Assembly: GCA_965224325.1 (NCBI GenBank)
Contig: CBDCYT010000008.1
Location: 5,455 to 69,454, forward strand
Origin: Dehalococcoidia bacterium
GTDB lineage: Bacteria; Chloroflexota; Dehalococcoidia; Lucifugimonadales; UBA3495
DNA: 64,000 nt
Reading direction: 5' to 3'
The notes under the pieces are model-generated. The model made no database searches. It was not told where the DNA came from and worked only from the letters and a program-made list of their open reading frames with translations. Positions 1 through 8,681 of this stretch are shown here, in pieces. The position numbers were made by a program, and so were the translations under genes. Numbering within the stretch: position 1 is the first letter of the stretch; every line of letters starts with the position of its first letter.

Positions 1-323
1 CTCAGTTCTATGGCCCACCTATTTTGGATGTCCAGTTTGGTGCGGAAAACTTCCTCAAATGGCGGGAAATCCGCGTGTCTTCGCCGGTTGGGCTTGGCCG
101 CTAGGATCCCCATTTGGCACCGTTGAAACCAGTCATGTCCTGCATTCAGTAACTGAGATGGTCCAATGAATCCCAGTCTGACTGATCCTGGAATTTCATT
201 GCCGTAGCGAAGACTGAAGGGACCAGAGGTGACCAGTCCTGCTTTGGGTTCGTAGTGTCGGTTACCGTCGCCGAATTCCAAGTGTGGTTCTGGAAGGACA
301 CTAACCTTCAATGAGATCGTCAT
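1..323 (-). CDS. 5' part of a short prokaryotic Argonaute (MID-PIWI type) gene; continues beyond the left edge
   Basis: This minus-strand open frame is absent from the ORF track because it has no stop inside the window. It starts at ATG 323..321 and reads MTISLKVSVLPEPHLEFGDGNRHYEPKAGLVTSGPF...SVRLGFIGPSQLL...FPPFEEVFRTKLDI. The pattern EPxLxFxxG...GLxxxGP...GxIG...FPxFExVF matches what I remember of short pAgo N-termini (for example the SPARTA Ago). It overlaps the upstream gene stop by 23 nt. Confidence 0.55.
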   Translation of the reverse strand, partial: MTISLKVSVLPEPHLEFGDGNRHYEPKAGLVTSGPFSLRYGNEIPGSVRLGFIGPSQLLNAGHDWFQRCQMGILAAKPNRRRHADFPPFEEVFRTKLDIQNRWAIEL

Positions 324-2019
324 CTTGTTGCTCCGCCAGGCTATCGCCGTAGCCTTCGAATGTCACTAACCTAGTGCTGATTTCTACCAGGGCATTGCCC
401 AAATCGATGCTTATGACGCCATTGGAAGTCTCAAGTTGTTTGAGCCAGAACCTAACGTCCGCCAATACCTTGGGATTGTAATGGTCGCTCATGAGGCGTG
501 TGACGACGCTGGCATGCTGATTACTGGGAAGTTGGTTTGACACTCCATCAAGTGTCACCACATAGGTGGGCTGAAGCGTTAAGGCCCATGATCCACCAAA
601 CTGGGTTACCGTGTAGTTGACCGCCTCATGTTCGCAGTATCCGACATTTAGTCTCTGAGGCCATCGGGCCACTCGTCGCTTGGTCTTACGCCCGGCCGTA
701 GTGGTGTAGTCTATGGACCGCGAGTTTTGCTTGTCGCAGCGGTAATATGCACGGTTTCTGTGACGGTCTACTCTCATTCCGGATTGGCTCATTCGTGACT
801 CAAGGGCTTTCTTCAACAGCTCTGCTGGGATGTTGTCGGTGGAAGCGTTTTGGTAAATGTCTTCAAGATTTCGATGTTCAACTGAACCGAGGTCGGCTAT
901 GGTTGAGAACGGAGAATTCGGATTGGTGAGATCTGTGAAGGTGAAGAGTTTCCCCTGTCGTAGGGCAAATGGCGGGAGGCGGAATATCCCGGTTAACGCT
1001 GCGCTTTCGCGTGCATGGGTGATTTTCGCGGTGGCGATATGTATGGTACTTGGGACTGACAGGAATTCGGTCGTGTTGCCCCAATAGATGGTTGGCCGCA
1101 GCGGCCGCGCCGTTTGAGTAGGCGTGTCTATTTCAAGGTGAGATATGCTGGCGATGGCGACGAAACGGTCATTGCTCGGTGGTATTTCAAATGTCGCGGC
1201 CGCACCCACTTCCATCAGTGACTTGAAAGCGTCCACGAGTCCAGATCCTGCCTTATCAACGTAGCCAAGCCCCCAGAATGCCTCAGCTAAGTTTGGGTTT
1301 CTATACGCCGTAAGATGGGTACCGATTTCCCCGCGGTGTATCCGGCTCAGGAATTCTTCTCCGACTGGCACTTTGGCTGGTCCTGTTAACTGGACCATCA
1401 GGGTCTCGTCGAGACCTCCGGGACTTTCTATTTTGACGAAATTCTTATCTATCCAAATTTTGACTGGTTCCCGTGTCTCGTAATCTCGGTGAACGAGCGC
1501 ATTCGCCAGCAGTTCCTTGAGAGCAATCGGTCCGTATGGCTGGACATATCTCGATTGAGCGCCTTTTACTCGAATTGGGCGGTTGATTTCCTCAAGCCGT
1601 TCGAATACGGTCTCGTAGATTTGGGTCACTGACCCATCTATCGCTGTTGGGGGGCGGTCTGGCGTGCCAATCTCCACCCAATGTCCAGGTGAGATGTCGC
1701 GGCTGTTTTCTGCGCACAGCAATACCGCGGCTTTACTGGGTTTAGTGGTTCCATCGGCGTCTTTGGTGAGAAGGCCGATGGCCATGAGTCGGCTGGTGTA
1801 CCAATCGTCATCGGGAGCGCCTGGGATATTGATGCCCATTCTTCGAGAATGTTCGATTGCAATACGTTGCAGAGCTGCTTTGTTTATGTTGGAAGGCTGT
1901 GTGGCATCGGCTGGCCGCATGTCGAATGTAAGTTCATCTGGTGTAAGTGTGCCTGTGGTTCCTGTTTCTGGTGCGATGCTACGAGTTAACTGTGTGGTGG
2001 AAGCGCAGAATTCTTCCAT
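301..2019 (-). CDS. Two-part protein: RecG-C-terminal/HATPase_c_4-like N-terminal half fused to an APAZ-like C-terminal half (candidate pAgo partner/effector)
   Basis: 572-aa ORF. The N-terminal half carries ALKELLANALVHRDYETREPVKIWIDKNFVKIESPGGL ... YRNPNLAEAFWGLGYVDKAGSGL, a HATPase_c_4-type signature, with no recognisable AlbA_2 head. The C-terminal ~270 aa show landmarks I associate with APAZ (PPFALRQGKLFTFTD; HEAVNYTVTQFGGSWALTLQPTYVVTLDG; NPKVLADVRFWLKQL). The start could be M1 (2019) or M34 (1920). Confidence 0.6.
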   Translation of the reverse strand: MEEFCASTTQLTRSIAPETGTTGTLTPDELTFDMRPADATQPSNINKAALQRIAIEHSRRMGINIPGAPDDDWYTSRLMAIGLLTKDADGTTKPSKAAVLLCAENSRDISPGHWVEIGTPDRPPTAIDGSVTQIYETVFERLEEINRPIRVKGAQSRYVQPYGPIALKELLANALVHRDYETREPVKIWIDKNFVKIESPGGLDETLMVQLTGPAKVPVGEEFLSRIHRGEIGTHLTAYRNPNLAEAFWGLGYVDKAGSGLVDAFKSLMEVGAAATFEIPPSNDRFVAIASISHLEIDTPTQTARPLRPTIYWGNTTEFLSVPSTIHIATAKITHARESAALTGIFRLPPFALRQGKLFTFTDLTNPNSPFSTIADLGSVEHRNLEDIYQNASTDNIPAELLKKALESRMSQSGMRVDRHRNRAYYRCDKQNSRSIDYTTTAGRKTKRRVARWPQRLNVGYCEHEAVNYTVTQFGGSWALTLQPTYVVTLDGVSNQLPSNQHASVVTRLMSDHYNPKVLADVRFWLKQLETSNGVISIDLGNALVEISTRLVTFEGYGDSLAEQQDDDLIEG

Positions 2020-4316
2020 AAACCCGTATGCACCAAGTTCAGATCCACGCCCTCGCCGATGATCCCCTCATTCCTAGTCTGTGTCGGACCCACCAGCTCC
2101 GGGGTCAGGTCCAGCCGGGAGTCGTCGGTGAAGTTGGCGACTAGGTCCTCTTTTGGTGGATCCTCCCGGTAACCTGCCACGCGCGGGAAAGTGATCTCCA
2201 GGTGGTCCCGCTCGGGCCGCACCGCCTTCACCTGCACCGTCTGCTTTGGCTTGCCCGGGCCGACAACAACCGGACGGGCGGTGAAGTCGAAGGGAATACC
2301 CAGCACGTCGGCGTACTCGACGTCGAACTTGTTGTCCTCGTTCAGTTCGTAGGACTGGCGCCGCAAGGCCCGGCCCACCACCTGCTCGCACAGGAGCTGT
2401 GTTCCGAAGGCACGCACGCCCAGGACGTGAGTCACGGTGCTGGCGTCCCACCCCTCGGTGAGCATGGACACCGACACCACGCACCGGATGTTCTGTCCCA
2501 ACCGCCCCTCCTTGCCGACCGTGTTCATTGCCTCGCGCAGGAGTTCCTGCTCCGATATCTTGTCGGCCTCCTCCCGATTGCCAGTGCGCTCCTGGCGTTC
2601 CCGGCGGAACCGTTCGATCAGGTCGGCAGCGGCGCGGCGGAAATCATCGCTGAGCTTTTCATCGGACTCCAACTGATGGCTGTCGATCAGCAGGGTGCGC
2701 GGAACAGAGTAGCGGTTGTTGTACTCATCGTAGTTTCGGAACAGCGCGAGTCTCCCGTTAACAACCGAGGTCGTGCCATCCTCGTTGGGGCGCTCGAACC
2801 CGGATATATAGTCGTAGACCAGCTTGGACGTGGCGGTGTTATTGCAGACGACGATGAAACAGGGTGGACACGGGGTGCCGTCGGCCTCCCACTCCTTGAA
2901 AGTCTTCTCGTAATGGCCGTATAGGGCCTCGAGGGCAGTCTGCAACGGCGTGGGAAGGTCCAGTGGGTCCAGGTCACCCGATCGGCCCCTTCCCGCGCGA
3001 GGCATGTCCCTGCGGATATGTTCCCACAGGTTGCGAAACACCGGCACGTCGGCTCCCGGGATGTTGTCCGCAACAGGAACCCTCGGAAGCTTGACGATGC
3101 CGCATTCGATGGCGTCCATCAGCGAGAAGTCGCTGGCGGTCCAAGGGAACAGGGTTCCCTCGGCGTACCCGGAGCCACGCAGGAAGAAGGGCGTGGCCGA
3201 CAGGTCCACCACTTGACGTACACCAAGTTTTCTCTTAGTCATTTCCAGCCCGGAGAGCCACACTCGGGCTTCCTCGGTGTTCTGGTCTGCTTCCCGCTTG
3301 TCCTCGCCAGTAAGAGGGCCCTCGTCATCTTCTCCGGGCTTTTGGCGATAGCAGTGGTGGCCCTCGTCGTTGAGGACCATGATATTCTTCAGGCCCATAA
3401 GCTCGGGCATCACCCGCTGCATCATCTGGCCTTCGGACTCAACGGTCTCTATGGGTTCGCCCGGACCTTGCAGCAGGTCCCGCCCGCCGCTGGATATCGA
3501 CAGTCGCTCCCTGGGGTGGAGGCCGTGATAGTTGGTGATGACTATCTTGGCCCGCTGCAGGTCGCCCAGCATATCGGTGGGTGCCAGTTCCCGGCTTGCG
3601 TAGTAGCTGTCGGGGTCGTTCGGCTGCAGCACCCGCAACCGGTCCCGGATGGTAATTCCGGGCGTGACCACCAGGAAGCCGCGCGTGAACCTTCGGCTGT
3701 TGGGATGTCGCACGGCGTTGATGGTCTGCCACGCGATGATCATGGCCATCACTGTGGTCTTGCCCGCTCCGGTGGCCAACTTGAGAGCGACCCGCAACAG
3801 TTCGGGGTTCGCCTCCAGGCTGGCGCTTTCCAGTCGCTGGAGTGCCATCCTCTCCCCCTGCCCGAGCCGCGGCGCAACTTCGGTGAGCCAGATCAGCGTC
3901 TCTACGGCTTCGACCTGGCAGAAGAAGGGACGGTAATGGTTGAACCTGTGGTGCCGCCAGTGCTGGAGCAGCAGGGCCGTCTCCGGCGTAACGCCCCAGT
4001 TGTGGGGATCTGGGATGGTTCTCCACTGGTCGACGTACCGGCGAGTCTCGTTGACAGCGGCAGTAACGTCGTACTGCTGCTCTACCGTGGAAAGACCCTG
4101 CCCCTCGTCGAAGACTAGTTGCTGCTGACGTCCTCCGCGGGCCCTGCCCCTCTGCCTCGGCTTGGGAATGGGCGTGATGAACTCAGCCCCACGGCGGCTC
4201 TCAATGATCTGCTGGGTCGGCTGCCCAGTCTCGTCCAGCTCCCAGTGTTTGTAGGGGTATTCGTACGGGGAGTTCAGTATCGGCCGGTCGTAGAACGGGT
4301 TCTCCATGTCTTGCAC
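1986..4316 (-). CDS. SF2 DEAD/DEAH-box helicase, type III restriction Res-subunit-like
   Basis: 776-aa ORF. It has Walker A LATGAGKTTVMA (about 3756..3776), DEGH box VLNDEGHHCY (about 3357..3368) and motif VI QVVGRALRR. The N-terminus NPFYDRPILNSPYEYPYKHWELDETGQPT is typical of Res-type helicase subunits. No intact methyltransferase gene lies next to it. Confidence 0.85.
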   Translation of the reverse strand: MQDMENPFYDRPILNSPYEYPYKHWELDETGQPTQQIIESRRGAEFITPIPKPRQRGRARGGRQQQLVFDEGQGLSTVEQQYDVTAAVNETRRYVDQWRTIPDPHNWGVTPETALLLQHWRHHRFNHYRPFFCQVEAVETLIWLTEVAPRLGQGERMALQRLESASLEANPELLRVALKLATGAGKTTVMAMIIAWQTINAVRHPNSRRFTRGFLVVTPGITIRDRLRVLQPNDPDSYYASRELAPTDMLGDLQRAKIVITNYHGLHPRERLSISSGGRDLLQGPGEPIETVESEGQMMQRVMPELMGLKNIMVLNDEGHHCYRQKPGEDDEGPLTGEDKREADQNTEEARVWLSGLEMTKRKLGVRQVVDLSATPFFLRGSGYAEGTLFPWTASDFSLMDAIECGIVKLPRVPVADNIPGADVPVFRNLWEHIRRDMPRAGRGRSGDLDPLDLPTPLQTALEALYGHYEKTFKEWEADGTPCPPCFIVVCNNTATSKLVYDYISGFERPNEDGTTSVVNGRLALFRNYDEYNNRYSVPRTLLIDSHQLESDEKLSDDFRRAAADLIERFRRERQERTGNREEADKISEQELLREAMNTVGKEGRLGQNIRCVVSVSMLTEGWDASTVTHVLGVRAFGTQLLCEQVVGRALRRQSYELNEDNKFDVEYADVLGIPFDFTARPVVVGPGKPKQTVQVKAVRPERDHLEITFPRVAGYREDPPKEDLVANFTDDSRLDLTPELVGPTQTRNEGIIGEGVDLNLVHTGLWKNSALPPHS

Positions 4317-4445
4317 CGCTGAGTTGATTGGGCGCCTGAGCCAGAACGCCGTGTGGTCAAATTGCCGACATTAAGTGTCGACTAACAGGCTTCGGCTCGT
4401 CAATCCTCATTCCCTATGCCGAGCCAGGCTCCGCAGCCGAGCCGT

Positions 4446-4802
4446 TTACGCAGTCTCTCTTAAGAGAGTTGCGTTTGCCCGTGCCACGCTTTTCACCCCC
4501 CGCAACCGCTGCGGGGCGAAGACGATATTCAGAGATCGCGGCCCTGGGCGGAGCTGCTTGGGCTGGCCCTTCGACACCTGCTTGGCGGCGAAGATGCCGA
4601 AATCGGGGTGGTCCGCGCCCTGCTGGGATAGCTGGCTGATGCAGAATACCTTGGGCTTCAGGGATCCGCCCACGGCGTTCAGCAGGTTGGTCAGCGGGGG
4701 ATAGTAGGACGTCTCGGCAGTGCCGACGCCTGAGGCCTTGATCTTCCGGAGGTCGTCGAAGTATTCCTCAACGGCCGCTACCAGTTTGTTGTTGTCGGGC
4801 AT
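4446..4802 (-). pseudogene. N-terminal fragment of a large type IIG/Eco57I-like N6-adenine methyltransferase-restriction protein
   Basis: 118-aa ORF. The first ~85 aa (GTAETSYYPPLTNLLNAVGG ... GADHPDFGIF) resemble the conserved N-terminus of such proteins as I remember it. The rest is non-protein-like and no methyltransferase motifs follow. Confidence 0.4.
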
Positions 4803-4888
4803 GTGTCCCCTGCGATCTTGTGTCCCGCGTCAGATTCGGGTGCTCACACCAGTCCCGTCCCGCCGCCGACGATGGGACTAAGTATTAA

Positions 4889-5398
4889 CCCGTATACTTC
4901 ATCGCGAAACAGGAATTGTTTGCTCACTTCATCACCCGAAACGTGTTGAAGGGAGTACACGTGTCCCCCTTCAATCGCTCCGGGTCGGCGCTGGGAGCGG
5001 TCCGTCTCTTGCTCCGCATGCTTGCCGAAGACAAGGCCGTGGTGGTTTTTCCAGAGGGGCATCGGAGTCCTGACCATACGCTGAAGGAAGGGATGGCGGG
5101 AGTAGTCTACTTGGCCCTAAAATCGCAAGCGCCCATACTGCCGGTGGGGCTGCACGGCACCGAGAAGATACGGGGCTGGCGAATGCCCTTCCCGCTGACC
5201 CGGTTCACCGCCAACATCGGTCAGCCTTTTACCCTACCGTTGATAGAGGGGCAGCCCAGCAGGGAAGTAATGCACAGCTTGCTAGCGATCATAATGGGCC
5301 GTATCGCGGAACTGCTGCCTGAAGGATACCGCGGGGTTTACTCCGGCCAAGCCGCGCCCGCCCCTCAAGGGGCCGGGGCAAATACGCTATCCTTCTAA
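4889..5398 (+). pseudogene. plsC: 5'-truncated PlsC-family 1-acyl-sn-glycerol-3-phosphate acyltransferase
   Basis: The frame is open from 4889, immediately after TAA 4886..4888, with no start codon. It reads PVYFIAKQELF...VVVFPEGHRSP...PILPVGLHG, the downstream acyltransferase blocks. The N-terminal HxxxxD block is absent. Confidence 0.7.
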
Positions 5399-5822
5399 AT
5401 CGGAGTCAGCCTGAATTATCCTCAAGCACGTGGACGCAAGAAGTTTGCCTTGAGATTGACCGAAATCATGACACCGTAATAGGCCGTGGGCATGGGTCGC
5501 GTCGCACTTCACGAAAAGACCCATTGCGGCGAGTCCGATGTAGGAACATATTCGCGCAGACCCATGGCGCGTCGAACTGATAAACCGGCGGACTAGGCAA
5601 ACTTAGGGGCCATCCAGGGCCGCCAGTGGCCTGATTTAGCTACAACAGCGGCTCCCAAAAACCGTGAGAGGCCACTGGCGGTTGCTGGAAGTTGCACACG
5701 TTGTGGGCAAAATGTGGGCGGGTGCTGCAAAACCTCGCTTGGAGCCCTAGCCGAACACGGCGCCTGCCCTGATCCGGTGAGCGCCGTGTCCACAAAAGGG
5801 CCAACAGAGTATTTCGCCGGCT

Positions 5823-6014
5823 TCAGTGATCTAATGGGTCATCGACCATCTGGGCGAACAGCACAGCCCGCGCCGCTGCAAGGGGACGCCGCGCCCACCA
5901 CAGGTGCAGCGTGCTGGGGTGCCCATGCCGGATGGACTTCTCTCGCGCTGACGCCGCGTTGATGGCGTCCAACGGGAGAGCAACCTCTATGAGCTTCTTG
6001 CGGATCGGATTCAT
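5823..6014 (-). pseudogene. N-terminal fragment of a DUF1156-type putative DNA methylase
   Basis: The 63-aa ORF reads [54 protein letters not shown], the hallmark DUF1156 N-terminus. The body of the normally much larger protein is missing. Confidence 0.75.
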
Positions 6015-6736
6015 TGTCTGTCCTGCTCGGGAGGTAACTTGAAGCCCTTTGGGTTCGCGTCAACCAGTTCAGTCACATGGCGAATATCGAAAGCGACGAC
6101 AAAACCCTGATTCTCTTTGAAGTAGGCTATGGGCTGATTATTAGCGCCGAGTAGGGGCCTTCCATTCGCGTCGACTACAGCTTCAACAATCGGGGTGGGG
6201 TAATTGGCTACGACACCCGCGACCCGGAGTTCATTACTTTGTTGACTGGTTGGCACGTACACTAACGGCCCTCCGCTGAACCCCTTGTTGTTGTGTCCAT
6301 CGACATAGATCCGCGAGGAGTCTCCAACAGTGATAGAACTGACTATGCCCGCCTTGACAAATGGTATGGGAAAGTCGCGGTTAATTTGTTCTCCTCCCCC
6401 GTCCCACCCAAATGGAAATCCTAGGAAATAGACTGGCTGGCCATAGGTTAGTCCAGCTGATGATGATTCAAACGGGTGTGAGGGCGCAAGACGAACAGGG
6501 CACGTCAAGACCGCCACATCAGTTTCGCCTGCACCAATGCCGACAACTTCAACAGAAGTGTTCTTCCATTGTCTTTCGTGAAAGATCAATACGCTATTTC
6601 CGGACGTGATGTTCTCAACGACATGCCGAGCTGTGACCAGGTACTGTTTATTGTCTCGGTCAATGGCAAATGCAGTACCGGTTGAATCGCCGAAGCGAAT
6701 ATGAAATGTACGCTGAATTACGTTAGTGGTGATCAC
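6011..6736 (-). CDS. Trypsin-like (chymotrypsin-fold, S1) serine peptidase
   Basis: The 241-aa ORF has a His (TARHVV), Asp (ETDVAVL) and Ser (GFSGGPL) triad in canonical order. Its GTG start overlaps the upstream stop (GTGA, 6733..6736). No obvious signal peptide is present. Confidence 0.75.
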   Translation of the reverse strand: MITTNVIQRTFHIRFGDSTGTAFAIDRDNKQYLVTARHVVENITSGNSVLIFHERQWKNTSVEVVGIGAGETDVAVLTCPVRLAPSHPFESSSAGLTYGQPVYFLGFPFGWDGGGEQINRDFPIPFVKAGIVSSITVGDSSRIYVDGHNNKGFSGGPLVYVPTSQQSNELRVAGVVANYPTPIVEAVVDANGRPLLGANNQPIAYFKENQGFVVAFDIRHVTELVDANPKGFKLPPEQDRQ

Positions 6737-7050
6737 GACGGTACCTCAGCACGAGCCAGCAACTCCGGCAGGTCGTAATTCACGCTGGTCACGCCAAAGT
6801 CTGGTTCACGACGAAATGGCTTGCGGATATAGTGGACACTATCGGTCCAACCATTCTGGAACTCGACTATAGCCAGGATGTAGTCGTCCGGCTTGTTGAG
6901 CGAGGTAAGCACCTCGTTCTTGGTGACTGTCACCGTTGTTGCGCCTTGAATTCTCCCTTTAACCGACATTCCCCAGATCGAACCACCTTTCCTGGATATA
7001 GCTCCCGCAGGGATGCTGCCAACTATAATCTCGCATTCCAAGGGCGTCAA
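6733..7050 (-). CDS. Restriction-endonuclease-fold (DUF3883-like) domain protein, probably the C-terminal remnant of a helicase-related defence protein
   Basis: The 105-aa ORF (TTG start) reads SVKGRIQGATTVTVTKNEVLTSLNKPDDYILAIVEF...VHYIRKPFRREPDFGVTSVNYDLPELLARAE. This matches the C-terminal nuclease-fold domain I recall from helicase-related proteins. The usual IEVKGR reads MSVKGR, and no helicase body lies upstream. Confidence 0.45.
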   Translation of the reverse strand: MTPLECEIIVGSIPAGAISRKGGSIWGMSVKGRIQGATTVTVTKNEVLTSLNKPDDYILAIVEFQNGWTDSVHYIRKPFRREPDFGVTSVNYDLPELLARAEVPS

Positions 7051-7214
7051 ATGCGTCCTGATTCGCTCAAATTCCTCCTTTCATGGACCAACCACCGTCC
7101 TGCCAAGCGTAAAATCTCCAAACCGCTTGTCTACGACCAAGTCTCTTCCTTGGGAAGCCCTTTTGCCCTGTACGACCCGGTAACCGTAATCAATCCCGAC
7201 GCTCCTAAAGTGGA

Positions 7215-8546
7215 CTAGCCAGGAGCCAGCCTAAGCCGGCCAATCCGTTCCAGTATCCCGCCTAGCATTTCCCGGTTCACGAGCACCTCAGCAAGCTGAA
7301 ACACCAGCCTTCTGGCATGGCGCACCAACCGCCCTCCAGTCTTGATCATCCTGGTTTGAAGGCTAGTCAGCGACCACTGTTTCATCTCCTCCGGCACGGC
7401 CAGCCTTCTCAAGAAGTTGCCCAGGTTGTAAGCCATTACGAACAGTCCCAGCCTCACCTGGTTGGCCACGAACTTGTGGCAGGACAACCTGGTCCAGTTC
7501 AGGGCGTACTTGCCTTCTTTGATCCATTGCTCCGCCGTGCCCCGGCCATTGTAAAAGCGGACTATCCCTATAGTTGGATAGGTCAGATTGGTGACTATGA
7601 AGCCCACTCTGGGAAACAGTTCTCCCTGGTGCCACTCCACCTTGGCCACCATTCTTCGGGATACATTCCAACTCTGGGCCTGGTAGACGAAGTCATGATA
7701 GGAGACGATGGGCTTCGGGGAAGGCCACTCCGTAGGCCGTACCAGCAAGTGCGCTATCTCCCGCTGCAACACCTGATTGGACCGCAGCCTGATGGCATAG
7801 CCGATGCTTCTCGCTTCCAGGTATTCGTATATCTCCGGCTTGGCAAAGGCGGCGTCAGCACGAAACAGCAGCCTGACTGCTGCTATCAAGTAACGCTCCA
7901 CCACCGGATCGAGGACTTCTTGCCAATCATCGGCACTGTGGACGTTGCCTGACCGTAGCTTCGCTGCTTCACAATCCCCGAACTGGTTGAACAGAAAGAG
8001 AGGGTGATAACAGACACACTCGAAGTGGCCGTTGTAGGCTGCTCCCTCCTGCTGGCCGTGCACTGGACTCTCGGAACTGTCCATATCCAGGATCACTCGC
8101 CGGTGTGGAGTATGAACCATGGCACCCTCCACCCATTGGGAATTCATCCGGGCCAGCCCCTTCAGGTTCTTCTCCTCGGTCAAGGTCTCCGTCTCAAACC
8201 GCCCCATCTCGCTGGTGCTGGCAGCCTTGCGTTCCGAGCCCTGCCATCCCACGACTACTCGCATGGCGGGGTCGTAGGCTAAACGGTCGGCATCGTTGGT
8301 GTCGTCGTAGCCAGCCAGGCGACTGAAGATAGACTGGCGCAGCAGAGGAACCAGGTGGTGGAGGATATTGCGACCAGTGCGGCGGTCCTGGAGGTAGTCC
8401 TCAGCGATTTCGGTAAGGCCCAAGGCATCATCAAACTCTCGAAAAGCAAGAAGACCAGCGTCTGAGGTGATGGTTGAGCCGTGGAATTCCAGGCGGATTT
8501 TGGGGTTGAATTGGAGCCGGAGAGGGGCCTTTTCGCCGTCACCCAT
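7215..8546 (-). CDS. IS1380-family DDE transposase
   Basis: The 443-aa ORF begins ...LRLQFNPKIRLEFHGSTITSDAGLLAFREFDDALGLTE...GYDDTNDADRLAYDPAMR, a typical IS1380-family N-terminus. I could not define the element ends. Confidence 0.85.
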   Translation of the reverse strand: MGDGEKAPLRLQFNPKIRLEFHGSTITSDAGLLAFREFDDALGLTEIAEDYLQDRRTGRNILHHLVPLLRQSIFSRLAGYDDTNDADRLAYDPAMRVVVGWQGSERKAASTSEMGRFETETLTEEKNLKGLARMNSQWVEGAMVHTPHRRVILDMDSSESPVHGQQEGAAYNGHFECVCYHPLFLFNQFGDCEAAKLRSGNVHSADDWQEVLDPVVERYLIAAVRLLFRADAAFAKPEIYEYLEARSIGYAIRLRSNQVLQREIAHLLVRPTEWPSPKPIVSYHDFVYQAQSWNVSRRMVAKVEWHQGELFPRVGFIVTNLTYPTIGIVRFYNGRGTAEQWIKEGKYALNWTRLSCHKFVANQVRLGLFVMAYNLGNFLRRLAVPEEMKQWSLTSLQTRMIKTGGRLVRHARRLVFQLAEVLVNREMLGGILERIGRLRLAPG

Positions 8547-8681
8547 GGGGTGCCTCCAGGATGCTTACGCTACCTATATAAAACTCGCCAGGCTATGGGG
8601 TAATTATAGCCATACCGACGGCCAACGTCTCACAAATGGACAATGGTTTAAAGAATGCCGACGATTTACTCAGAGGGATAT

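Noticed and set aside
2202-4118. Plus-strand ORFs of 240 aa and 366 aa antisense to the helicase gene.
   Set aside because: They have no motifs and lie opposite a frame with complete SF2 motifs.
5620-5681. A 12-bp inverted repeat, CCGCCAGTGGCC / GGCCACTGGCGG, with a 38-nt loop in the gene-free gap between the plsC and DUF1156 fragments.
   Set aside because: It is an isolated stem with no T-run and no flanking conservation evidence. It could be chance in GC-rich DNA.
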